Positions 1 through 9,288 of a stretch of 64,000 nt of DNA are shown piece after piece. The position numbers and the translations under genes were made by a program. The DNA comes from an uncultured Chitinophagaceae bacterium. Its GTDB lineage: Bacteria > Bacteroidota > Bacteroidia > Chitinophagales > Chitinophagaceae. Location: assembly GCA_963790435.1 (NCBI GenBank), contig CAWBOI010000006.1, positions 97,758 to 161,757 on the forward strand, written 5' to 3'. Each line of letters opens with the position of its first letter. The stretch's first letter is position 1. Below the pieces are notes generated by a model, which was given only the letters and a program-made list of their open reading frames with translations, was not told where the DNA came from and did no database searches.

Positions 1-709
1 TACATTGGCAATGGCAAAAAGAATCAAAACCGCGGGCATGAAGTTTTTGCTGGATTTTCATTACAGCGATTACTGGGCTGATCCGGGAAAACAATACAAG
101 CCATCTGCCTGGAAAGAAGCAGATTTTACTCAATTAAAAGATTCTGTTTTCGGTTTTACGCAAAAAGTAATGCTGGCACTACAGTCGCAAAATACATTGC
201 CTGATATGGTACAGGTGGGCAACGAAATTAATCATGGAATTGTATGGCCCGAAGGAAGCATTCAGCATCCTGATAGTTTGGCTGCCTTGCTGTACGCAGG
301 CATTCGCGGCGTGAAAGCGGTGGCTCCCAAAACACCCATCATGCTGCATGTGGCGCTGGGTGGCCAGTATGAAGAAGCCGATGCTTTTTATACAAAAATG
401 AGCAACCGCAATGTGCCGTTTGATGTGATTGGTTTGTCGTACTATCCGAAGTGGCATGGAACATTGGCTGATCTGCGTTTTACCACCAATTATCTCACTA
501 AAAAGTTTAATAAAGATGTTGTAGTGGTTGAATATTCTCAATTGAAAAAAGAAGTAAACGATATTGCTTTTAACGTTGCGAATGGAAGAGGTAGCGGCAC
601 ATTTATCTGGGAACCATTGAGCACTTGGGAAAAAGTATTTGATGACAACGGAAAAGCCAATGAACTGTTGAATGTATATGATGAAATCAGCAAGCTGTAT
701 TTGAAGTAA
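1..709 (+). CDS. Glycoside hydrolase family 53 (endo-1,4-beta-galactanase), 5'-truncated by the window edge
   Basis: GH53 motifs LLDFHYSDYWADPGKQ, VQVGNE (acid/base), FDVIGLSYYP and VVVVEY; the frame is open to the window start. Confidence 0.9.
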   Translation, partial: TLAMAKRIKTAGMKFLLDFHYSDYWADPGKQYKPSAWKEADFTQLKDSVFGFTQKVMLALQSQNTLPDMVQVGNEINHGIVWPEGSIQHPDSLAALLYAGIRGVKAVAPKTPIMLHVALGGQYEEADAFYTKMSNRNVPFDVIGLSYYPKWHGTLADLRFTTNYLTKKFNKDVVVVEYSQLKKEVNDIAFNVANGRGSGTFIWEPLSTWEKVFDDNGKANELLNVYDEISKLYLK

Positions 710-892
710 AAAAAGCGGTAAAACCAAACATCAGGTTATACCCGCAAAGCCATCAGCCATTATGTCTTCGTTTGTTGCGAAGAACATATTTTGCTGATGC
801 ATTTTTGTTTTTGCCTATAAATCTTTCCTCAATCATCTTCTTTTAAAATATTTTTACCTCGTTTTCAGTTTATAATGCGAGAATTGTTTTGA

Positions 893-3869
893 ATGAAGTA
901 TTGTGTACTCATAATTAGCTGCTGCCTTTGTTGTTTGTTTTCTTTCGCTCAACCCGGAACTACGGTAGAGTTGAAGAAGCCAAAAAAGTATGAAGACCGC
1001 ACGCTGGCTTCTGAAAAAAGCGATCAAAAGAAGTTTGGTTTTGGCAAGCGTTTGTACCAGGACATGGTTACGCATTACAACTATTATTTCAATGCAAATA
1101 ATCATTTGAACGATATTGTTACAAATGCAAAAGCCGTGCATGCCGACGACTACGGCAAACTGCTTTCTTTTTACAATTACGATTTAAACACAACTGCGGC
1201 AAGCAGAGGTGAGATTGATTCGGTTATCTATCATTGCACGGCGGGCGTATTGCTTCACGACCTGCGAAATGATTGGATTGACGACTTGTATTTTATATTA
1301 GGCAAAGCTTATTATTACCGCAAAAATTTCGACTCTGCGCTGAATGCGTTTCAATTCATCAATTATGCCTGGGCGCCAAAGGATGAAGGCTACGACATTC
1401 CCATCGGTAGCAACGAAAGCGGAAATAACGGTGTATTTAGTGTTGCCAGCAAAGAGAAAACCGATGTGCTTCACAAAACAGTAATGACGCAGCCGGTGCG
1501 CAATGCCAATTTTTTATGGATGGCACGAACCAACATTGAAACGGGAAACGATAGTCGTGCAGCAGGCTTGTTGCAAGTTTTACAGCACGATCCGAACTTT
1601 CCGAAACGCTTGCAAAGTCGGGTTGAACGAGACGCTGGCTTATTTATATTACAATCAAAAAAGGTGGGACAGTGCTGCCTTTCATTTGAATGCGGCATTG
1701 GGCAATGCAACCAACCGCTTTGAAGCTGCCAGATGGGAATATTTGATTGCGCAGATGTATGCGTTAAGTGGTGATAAAAAAAGTGCTGCTGATTATTTTG
1801 AAAAGAGCGCCAACCACACTCCTGACCCTATTATGGAAGTGAATGCGTACTTAAGCTCCATTACCATTAACAATGACAGCACAGGAAATACTACACAGGA
1901 AAAGCTGAGCAGCCTTTTAAGAATGGCAAAGCGTGATAAGTATATTCAGTACAGAGATGTGATTTATTATGCGGCTGCCCAGGTGCAAATGCAATTGAAC
2001 GATACGGCTGCCGCAAAGCACATGCTGCGGCAAAGCATTAAAAGCAGCATGGGCAATGAGCAGCAAAAAAGCTTATCGTTTATGATGCTTGCCGATATTT
2101 CTTACGAAGGAAAAAAATGGGTGGAAGCGCATCGTTTTTACGATAGCACACGTGCCTCTTACATTACCGATTCGGCACAATTGGTTCGGTTCACTACAAG
2201 GCAGCCGGTGCTGTTTAAAATTGCCACTTATTTAATAAATGTTGACAAACAAGACAGCCTGCAAAAAGTAGCCCTGATGCCCGAAGCGCAACGCATGGCT
2301 TATTTGAAAAAAGCCTTGCGGCAAATACGCCGTGCGCAAGGTTTGAGCGAAGAATCGCTCAGCTATGGCAGTAACAATCTTAACCCTTCACAAGACTTGC
2401 AGGCACAGGCGCAACTCTTTCAAAATCCGTCTTCTTCAACCGATTGGTATTTCAATAACAGCAGTTTAAAAAGCAGTGGTGCAAATGAGTTCAAACAACG
2501 TTGGGGCAACCGACCGAATGTTGACAACTGGCGCAGGCAGTCGTCAGTTGATGCCGCTGTGCTTTCTCAGCAACAGATGAGTAATGATGTAGATGCAGTA
2601 GCAACGCCTAATGGAGTAAACGCCAATGGCAGCAAGCAAACCGGGCCCCCTCCGGTTCCGCAATCGGTGGAAGACTTGGAAGCTGGGTTACCGCTAACAC
2701 CCGCTAAAGTGGTTATCTCTAACAATACCATTGCCGAAAATTATTTTAAAAGTGGTGTGTTGTTTCAGGAAAGTTTACAGAATTATCCTGCGGCAATTGA
2801 GATGTATCAAAATATGAAACGGGCAGAAGACAGCAGCCAATATCGCGAGCCTTCTTTGTTGAATTTATACTACTGCTACACAAAGCTGAACGATAGGTTA
2901 CGCGCCGATTCTGTATTGGCTTTATTAGGGAAAGAATATCCCAACGGCAAGTCGTTGGCAGCTATGAAAAAAGGCAATAAAAAAATATCGGAGCGTAGCG
3001 AAAAGAACCCTGCAACGCGTGCTTACGATAGCATTTATAATGCTTTTATTGAAGGAAATTTTACGGAAGCCAAAAAACAAAAAGCCATTGCCGACAGCTT
3101 GTATGGCAACAGTTACTGGACGCCGCAACTTTTGTACATCGAATCTATCTACTATGTGTCGGAACACAACGACAGTGCGGCTTTGCGCGAGTTGCAAAAT
3201 ATTGAAATGCAGTTTACCAAATCGCCGTTAGCAGAGAAAGCGGCTACGATGATTGATGTTTTGCGGCGAAGAAAAGAAATCGAAAATTATCTTACCAAAC
3301 TGCAGGTTACCCGAAATGAAGACAGCGGCACTTCACCCATTATCAACTTAAATTCAACCGAAATAACGGCTAACAAACCAGTGCGTGTACACACCGATTC
3401 GATTGTTTCCAAACCACCTCCGGTTGCAAAAGCGCCGGTGATAAAAACCGATACAACAAGTGCCAAACCAACAGTTGCCAAAGCATTCAAATATAATCCT
3501 GCCGATCCGCAGTTTATTGTGTTGCTGTTAGATAAAGTTGCGCCGGTTTTTGCCAACGAAGCGAAGAATGCATTTAACCGTTACGACAAGCAAACATTTT
3601 ATAACATGCCGCAACTGAATGCGAACAATGTGAAGCTGGACGACCGTTATAACCTGGTGCTGATTGGTCCGTTTACAGATGCGGTGGGTGCATTGGATTA
3701 TATTGATAAAGTAAAACCCATCACTGCCGGAAAAATATTGCCGTGGCTAACGCCGGATAAATTTAGCTTCATTATGATTAGTAAGGCGAATTTAGATTTA
3801 TTGAACGAAAACAAGGATTTGGAAGGCTATAAAGCGATTCTAAAAAAAGCACTGCCCACAAAGTTTTGA
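893..3869 (+). CDS. sprE: SprE/PorW-like T9SS/gliding TPR protein, split by a +1 frameshift at about 1618-1619
   Basis: N-terminal signal, MVTHYNYYFNA motif, multiple TPR-like helices and a C-terminal SPOR-like region. ORFs 893-1723 and 1503-3869 join as ...RLQS/GLNETLAYLYY if one base is removed from caaagtcgggttg. Confidence 0.72.
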
Positions 3870-3872
3870 TAT

Positions 3873-3932
3873 GGTGAATAGTGAATGGTGAGTGTAAGGC
3901 GATTACTCACTTCTCACCATTCACTACTCACC
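3873..3932. repeat. Heptamer-based intergenic palindrome (REP-like)
   Basis: ggtgaatagtgaatggtgag ... ctcaccattcactactcacc, 19 of 20 positions complementary. Confidence 0.8.
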
Positions 3933-3990
3933 TCTTGGCTTGGAGTTTGTTTTTACAGGAATATTGTTTAACCTATAAAAACAAACGATT

Positions 3991-4209
3991 ATGCCTGGAA
4001 AAGAAACAGAAGGCTTTAGCACCAACGAGCCTGCAGCTAATAAAGCTTCCAAACAAAATTCTGAAAAGAATACATTGCCTAACGAAGATGTAGATCCGAA
4101 ATACGAACCGGAAGTTGAAAAAGCTTACCATAAAAATGTAGGGTCGAACAAAAGCGGAAATGATACGCGCCGCAATCACGACAGCAACACACGACAAGTA
4201 GGAAGCTGA
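3991..4209 (+). CDS. Small hydrophilic hypothetical protein (72 aa)
   Basis: ATG after an A-rich leader, highly charged/polar sequence, followed directly by a strong terminator. Confidence 0.65.
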   Translation: MPGKETEGFSTNEPAANKASKQNSEKNTLPNEDVDPKYEPEVEKAYHKNVGSNKSGNDTRRNHDSNTRQVGS

Positions 4210-4223
4210 TAATTTTTTAGGCA

Positions 4224-4266
4224 AAACCAAAAGGCTGATGAATATACTTCATCAGCCTTTTGGTTT
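4224..4266. terminator. Intrinsic terminator hairpin
   Basis: aaaccaaaaggctgatgaa-tatac-ttcatcagccttttggttt, perfect 19-bp stem. Confidence 0.85.
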
Positions 4267-4367
4267 CATTGCAATGATTGTTTATTGTTTATATTTGGTA
4301 TGAAAATTTTGCAGTTTTACTCATACAATCGAATTGTTTTTTAATTCATAAACCTTCCTGTTTTTTT

Positions 4368-5138
4368 ATGAAAAAACAAATTTCTTTTTTACTCATTTTC
4401 TCTTGCCTTGCGGCATTCCAAACAACCTATTCGCAAGGAATCAGCATTGGTGCAAAAGGTGGCATCAGCATACCCAATTTAAGTGCGCCGGGAAAGGATG
4501 CAACACCGTTGAACACGGGCTACAAATCGCGTCTCGGTCCCGATGCTGGCCTGTTTGCAGAGTTTCATTTGTCAGATGTTTTTTCAATAGAACCGATGTT
4601 GGAATATTCCTCACAAGGTGGTAAAAAAAATGGCGTACAAGCATTTCCTACGCCTTCGTTAGCGGCTGTTTATTTTCGGGCACGAAACCAAACGCCGCCT
4701 ACTTACTTGTACGGAAATTTCAATAACGAAGTAAAACTCTCCTATCTCATGCTTCCGGTGCTGGCAAAATTTGGAGTTCGGCTGGGTTATTCTCCGTTTC
4801 GCATTTATGCTGATGTGGGTCCGTTTGCTTCGCTGCTACTGGATGCAAAAGACAAAACAAGAGGAAATAGCCAGGTGTACTTAGACGCAAATGGAACGCA
4901 GCCATTACCGGTTGGTTCTTTCTCCTTTAACAGCGATTCAAGTGTTATCAATAGTTTGAACAAATTCAACGCAGGCGTGGAAGGTCATTTGGGTGTGTCT
5001 TTCACTATGAACAGAAGCACTGTGTTTGTGGAAGGTGGCGGCAATTATGGTTTTTTAAATATTGAAAAAGACAAAGCCGATGGCAAAAACAACACGGGTG
5101 CAGCCGTTATAATGGCTGGCTTCAGCTATCGGTTTTGA
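4368..5138 (+). CDS. Porin-family outer-membrane beta-barrel protein
   Basis: Signal peptide MKKQISFLLIFSCL, GISIGAKGG start, alternating beta-strands, terminal aromatic (FSYRF); start moved to ATG 4368. Confidence 0.8.
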   Translation: MKKQISFLLIFSCLAAFQTTYSQGISIGAKGGISIPNLSAPGKDATPLNTGYKSRLGPDAGLFAEFHLSDVFSIEPMLEYSSQGGKKNGVQAFPTPSLAAVYFRARNQTPPTYLYGNFNNEVKLSYLMLPVLAKFGVRLGYSPFRIYADVGPFASLLLDAKDKTRGNSQVYLDANGTQPLPVGSFSFNSDSSVINSLNKFNAGVEGHLGVSFTMNRSTVFVEGGGNYGFLNIEKDKADGKNNTGAAVIMAGFSYRF

Positions 5139-5169
5139 TAAAGAAGGAAGTTTGTTTTTGCCCTAAAAA

Positions 5170-5925
5170 TTATCGTTCAAAAATAAGAGAGAAAGTAAGC
5201 ATTCTCGATTGAAGCTGGTTCAGCACATTGGAATATTTAAGGTTGGCATCGCGTTCATGAACATTGGTTAACCCGTTGCTTACTTTAATTTCAGGAGCAA
5301 TGGTTACCACCGGGAAATAAAAATTAAAACCCAACCCCGCTTCATATCCAAGATACGATTTTCTAAGCTTCACAAGGTTTTCAGCATCGAGTGCGCCAGC
5401 GTTGCTTGCCACATCAACATCATACTTAAAACCGCCCAACATATACACCCGAAAATTGCCAATGCGGTCGGAATTAAACTTCATTTGCAATGGAAAAGAA
5501 ACAATGGTTGATGGAATGGTTTTCTTTTGAACCGCGGGCTCAATAGGCGATGGATATTTGATAACATAAGTTAAATATTTTGAGCCGCCCAAAATGAGTT
5601 CGGGATGAAAGCGAAGTTCAAAACGCTTGTTCAGTCTTGCAGTTGCCAGCAAGCCCAAAACAATGCCGCCACTCGCGCCTGGCTCAACGCTTAACACACT
5701 ATCGTTTTGTAGAAAGAGAGGATGTTTTTCAGGATGCAGATACGAATGATTATAGCCCAACGATAAGCCAAAATAATAGGGCACATTGTCGCGCTCTTCC
5801 CGGTAAATTTGTTTTTCCTGTGCTTTCGTTTGTATAACCAACGTTATAAACAACAACACGATTACAAACGGCTTTCCCACTTTATCAACTGTCAGCTTTT
5901 TTGTTTTACTTATATTTTGGAACAA
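5170..5925 (-). CDS. porT: T9SS outer-membrane beta-barrel PorT/SprT
   Basis: FNSDRIGNFRVYMLGG and APEIKVSNGL motifs typical of PorT; position downstream of ubiE; exact start uncertain. Confidence 0.8.
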   Translation of the reverse strand: MFQNISKTKKLTVDKVGKPFVIVLLFITLVIQTKAQEKQIYREERDNVPYYFGLSLGYNHSYLHPEKHPLFLQNDSVLSVEPGASGGIVLGLLATARLNKRFELRFHPELILGGSKYLTYVIKYPSPIEPAVQKKTIPSTIVSFPLQMKFNSDRIGNFRVYMLGGFKYDVDVASNAGALDAENLVKLRKSYLGYEAGLGFNFYFPVVTIAPEIKVSNGLTNVHERDANLKYSNVLNQLQSRMLTFSLIFER

Positions 5926-6030
5926 AACATTAATTTAAAAGTAAAAATGGGCATTTAAAATTGTTTTCTTTTAAACGGTTTTAGGATAGGTTTATTTTAC
6001 GATGAATGAGAGATGAGCAAAGCAGCGCAA

Positions 6031-6585
6031 TCATTTGTGAAACCCAATGCGATTTCTTCCTTCCCATTTTCTTTGCGATGCGTTTTCATCCAACAGGTTT
6101 TCTATGGCATCATAAATTTGTGAAAGCTGTGCATCATGCTCGCCCATTCTTTGTTTTAACTGAAGCAGTTGTTCTGTGAGGTCGGATTGATACAAAATCA
6201 TTCTTCTGATTTCTACAAACGCCCGCATGATGGCAATGTTCATATTGATAGCTCTATCTGAATTGAGAACTCCGCTTAACATAGCAACGCCTTGTTCGGT
6301 AAAAGCGTAGGGCAAAGCCACATTTGGTCGTTTGCTGGAGTATGTCATCACAATTTGTGATGACATAGAATGCTGTACTGCTTCAATTTGAAACCTAATG
6401 TTTTCAAACTCTTCTCTCGTAAGTTGAAACATGAAATCACTTGGAAACCGTTTACTGTTTCGCTTTACCGACTGATTAAGTACTCTGGCTTCCACTTCAT
6501 AAAGAGCCGCTAAATCGAAATCGAGCATTACTCTTTCGCCTCTGATTTCATAAATGCGGTTTTGAATGCTTTGAATAATATTCAT
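6031..6585 (-). CDS. ORF6N domain DNA-binding protein
   Basis: IYEIRGERVMLDFDLAALYEVE, VKRNSKRFPSDFMFQL and PYAFTEQGVAMLS are hallmark ORF6N motifs. Confidence 0.9.
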   Translation of the reverse strand: MNIIQSIQNRIYEIRGERVMLDFDLAALYEVEARVLNQSVKRNSKRFPSDFMFQLTREEFENIRFQIEAVQHSMSSQIVMTYSSKRPNVALPYAFTEQGVAMLSGVLNSDRAINMNIAIMRAFVEIRRMILYQSDLTEQLLQLKQRMGEHDAQLSQIYDAIENLLDENASQRKWEGRNRIGFHK

Positions 6586-6650
6586 AAATGAAGGTTTTAC
6601 AAAGCGAATATATCTTCTCTAATTACTTTTTCAAAAGATATAATGCACAT

Positions 6651-7394
6651 TTATTTGCTGCCTTCATACCGGCAACAAATGCCCAGGCTCAAGGCTTTGT
6701 AAGAAACATTCTGATAACCAACGTTGGCAAGAATAGAAGTGAATTGTTCTCTTTCGGGAAACACTTTCGCCGAATGGTTGAGGTAGTTATAAGCGTCTTT
6801 GTTTTTGGCAAAAAAACGTCCTGCACCGGGCACAATTATGTTGTTATAAAAATTGCAAAAGGCTTTGAATAATCTATTCTTCGGTTGAGAAAATTCAAGC
6901 ACAGCCAGCTTTCCACCAGGTTTTAAAACGCGAAGCATTTCAATTAAGCCTTTTTCCAAATGCTCAAAATTTCTCACACCAAATGCAACAGTGATGGCAT
7001 CGAAATAATCATTTGCAAAGGGAAGATTTTCACTATCAGCATTCGCTAATTGAATGCTGTTCTGCAATTTGTTTTTGGCCACTTTTTCTCTGCCCAGTTC
7101 TAACATTCCTTCCGAAATGTCAACACCGATAATTTGTTTGGGTTGTAATAGTTTATAGGTTAACAAAGCAACATCGCCTGTACCAGTAGCTACGTCCAAT
7201 ACTATTTGCGGATGAATGTTTTGTAAAGAAAGAATCATTTTTTTTCGCCACCAAACGTCCACACCGGCAGTTAAAAAACGATTGAGGAAATCGTAGCGGA
7301 ATGCAATGTTGTCAAACATTGTAGCCACCTGCTGCTTTTTGGTAAGCCGGCTGTTTTGAAACGGCACAATATCATCGTGGGCAAATTGCGACAT
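6651..7394 (-). CDS. ubiE: Demethylmenaquinone methyltransferase UbiE/MenG
   Basis: VATMFDNIAFRYDFLN, VLDVATGTGD SAM motif, FGVRN, RVLKPGG. Confidence 0.95.
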   Translation of the reverse strand: MSQFAHDDIVPFQNSRLTKKQQVATMFDNIAFRYDFLNRFLTAGVDVWWRKKMILSLQNIHPQIVLDVATGTGDVALLTYKLLQPKQIIGVDISEGMLELGREKVAKNKLQNSIQLANADSENLPFANDYFDAITVAFGVRNFEHLEKGLIEMLRVLKPGGKLAVLEFSQPKNRLFKAFCNFYNNIIVPGAGRFFAKNKDAYNYLNHSAKVFPEREQFTSILANVGYQNVSYKALSLGICCRYEGSK

Positions 7395-7433
7395 AAGTGG
7401 CGCGAAGATAACGGGTAAACAAAAAGCCGTTTG

Positions 7434-8105
7434 TTAACCTTCAATAGCTCTGTTTAAAAACTGTAAAAACGGCTGCAAAGCGACTAACGATTCGGTTATT
7501 GTTTTTACCACATTTTTATCGGTGAGTTCTTCATCTTTCAAAGTCTTCATCGCAATAAAACTTTTGAGTTTCAGATATTCAATGGCTTTGTTCGTATCAT
7601 CATATCCTTTGGGCGGACGGCTTAACATCAATTCTTTGTCTTTATCTAAATCGCCATATATTTTTTCGAATGCTTTTTTATGAATAATGTTTGAAAACTC
7701 ATAAAAAGAATAATCAATTTCCTGCCTTATTTTTTTCACCACATCAGCTTCCGGCATCCACACACCGCCACCAATAATACTGTTATTGCCCGGCTCGATA
7801 TGAATGTAATAACCTGCATACAGGCTCTTCTTTCCACCACGCCCGAAGCCTGCTGCCAAGTTTGTTTTGTAAGGCGTTTTGTCTTTGCTAAACCGGATGT
7901 CGCGGTTGATGCGAAACACCGTTTCTTTTGCATTCAGCGAAGCCAAATCTTCATCTTTTTTACTGTGAATCTTCAACACTTCATCAATCAAATGAATGAA
8001 ATCTGTGCGTGCAGCTTCATAGCTTTTCCGGTTCGCATCAAACCATTCTTTGGCGTTGTTCTTCTTTAAATTTTTTAAAAATGTAAGTGTGGATAGTTGA
8101 AGCAT
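7434..8105 (-). CDS. DUF2461 family protein (TIGR02453-like)
   Basis: LKKNNAKEWF, FRINRDIRFSKDKTPYKT, GYYIHIEPG; start set at MLQLSTL. Confidence 0.88.
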   Translation of the reverse strand: MLQLSTLTFLKNLKKNNAKEWFDANRKSYEAARTDFIHLIDEVLKIHSKKDEDLASLNAKETVFRINRDIRFSKDKTPYKTNLAAGFGRGGKKSLYAGYYIHIEPGNNSIIGGGVWMPEADVVKKIRQEIDYSFYEFSNIIHKKAFEKIYGDLDKDKELMLSRPPKGYDDTNKAIEYLKLKSFIAMKTLKDEELTDKNVVKTITESLVALQPFLQFLNRAIEG

Positions 8106-8215
8106 AGTGTTTGTTTTGAGCTGCAAGCTACAAGCCGTTAGCTACAAGGAAGAAAGGCGTGACAGAAAAATATTTAATACGCAACACCTTATTACTTGCA
8201 GCTAACACCTGCAGC

Positions 8216-9118
8216 TTACTTTGTTAATTGCCTGAACACTTCTTCTAAATTGTTTTCTTCCGACTGCAGAGACACAATATTGAAGTTGTGTTGCAAAGCC
8301 AGTTCTAACAATTGTCTTCTTGTACTGGCGTCGTCGTTTGTTTGTAATGAAAAAGAAGAATCGCTTGTTTTATGTACAGCAACCACTGATGATAAATTTT
8401 GCAATAACAAATCGTCAACAGGCTTGTCAAACGCAACAGCAACGGATTTGCCCTTTTTGGTTTTGCCTAAATTTTGTATCGTATCATCAGCCACCAATTG
8501 TCCTTTATTAATAATGATGATGCGGCTGCAGATTGCCTGTACTTCACTTAAAATATGTGATGAAAACAAAACCGTTTTATTCTTTGCCTCTTCTTTAATT
8601 ACGTTGCGGATTTCGATAATTTGATTGGGATCAAGACCACTGGTTGGCTCATCTAAAATTAATACTTCAGGCTGATGAATAAGCGCTGCCGCGAGTCCTA
8701 CACGTTGTTTGTAACCTTTCGATAATTGTCCGGTTTTTTTTTTGCTTTCGGTAGTTAAACCCGTTAGTTCAATCACGTGATTGATGTTTTGTTTTGCCTC
8801 TTTTATCTGATGAACACCGGCAATGAATTGCAGGTATTCCCGCACATACATATCGTAATACAAAGGGTTGGCTTCCGGTAAATAACCAATCTTTTTCTTT
8901 ACAGCAATTGGATCATCCGCTACATCAATACCACACACCAATGCACTGCCGCCATCGGGTTGCAAATAGCCCGTAATCATTTTCATGGTGGTGCTTTTGC
9001 CTGCGCCATTCGGCCCTAAAAAACCAACAATTTCGCCTTTGTTTATGGCAAAAGAAATGTTGTTCACTGCTTTTTGTTCACCGTAAATTTTAACGAGATT
9101 AGATACCTGTAACGACAT
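8216..9118 (-). CDS. gldA: Gliding motility ABC transporter ATP-binding protein GldA
   Basis: Walker A GPNGAGKS, LSKGYKQRVGLA, DEPTSGLDPNQIIEIR; GldA-like length. Confidence 0.85.
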   Translation of the reverse strand: MSLQVSNLVKIYGEQKAVNNISFAINKGEIVGFLGPNGAGKSTTMKMITGYLQPDGGSALVCGIDVADDPIAVKKKIGYLPEANPLYYDMYVREYLQFIAGVHQIKEAKQNINHVIELTGLTTESKKKTGQLSKGYKQRVGLAAALIHQPEVLILDEPTSGLDPNQIIEIRNVIKEEAKNKTVLFSSHILSEVQAICSRIIIINKGQLVADDTIQNLGKTKKGKSVAVAFDKPVDDLLLQNLSSVVAVHKTSDSSFSLQTNDDASTRRQLLELALQHNFNIVSLQSEENNLEEVFRQLTK

Positions 9119-9139
9119 GTTTTAATTAGCTATAATATT

Positions 9140-9147
9140 CAAAGATA
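9140..9147 (-). promoter_or_regulatory. Bacteroidota sigma70 -7 element (gldA)
   Basis: TATCTTTG on the minus strand, about 22 nt upstream of the ATG; matches TAnnTTTG. Confidence 0.65.
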
Positions 9148-9288
9148 CCGTCGGGAACGTGTGGAGATGCGAAAAAATATTTTTAGAAATTGGATAAGCG
9201 AAAGGTTTGTTTTTGTGCAAAAACAAAACGATTATGAAATTGATTGATTACTGCTTTGATACATGTAACCGCAACACGATTCTCAATT

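Noticed and set aside
1590-1723. Programmed ribosomal frameshift in sprE
   Set aside because: There is no slippery heptamer or stimulatory structure, and the pattern matches the other single-base insertions.
8216-9118. gldA without gldF/gldG as a broken operon
   Set aside because: gldA is commonly unlinked from gldF/gldG in Bacteroidota.
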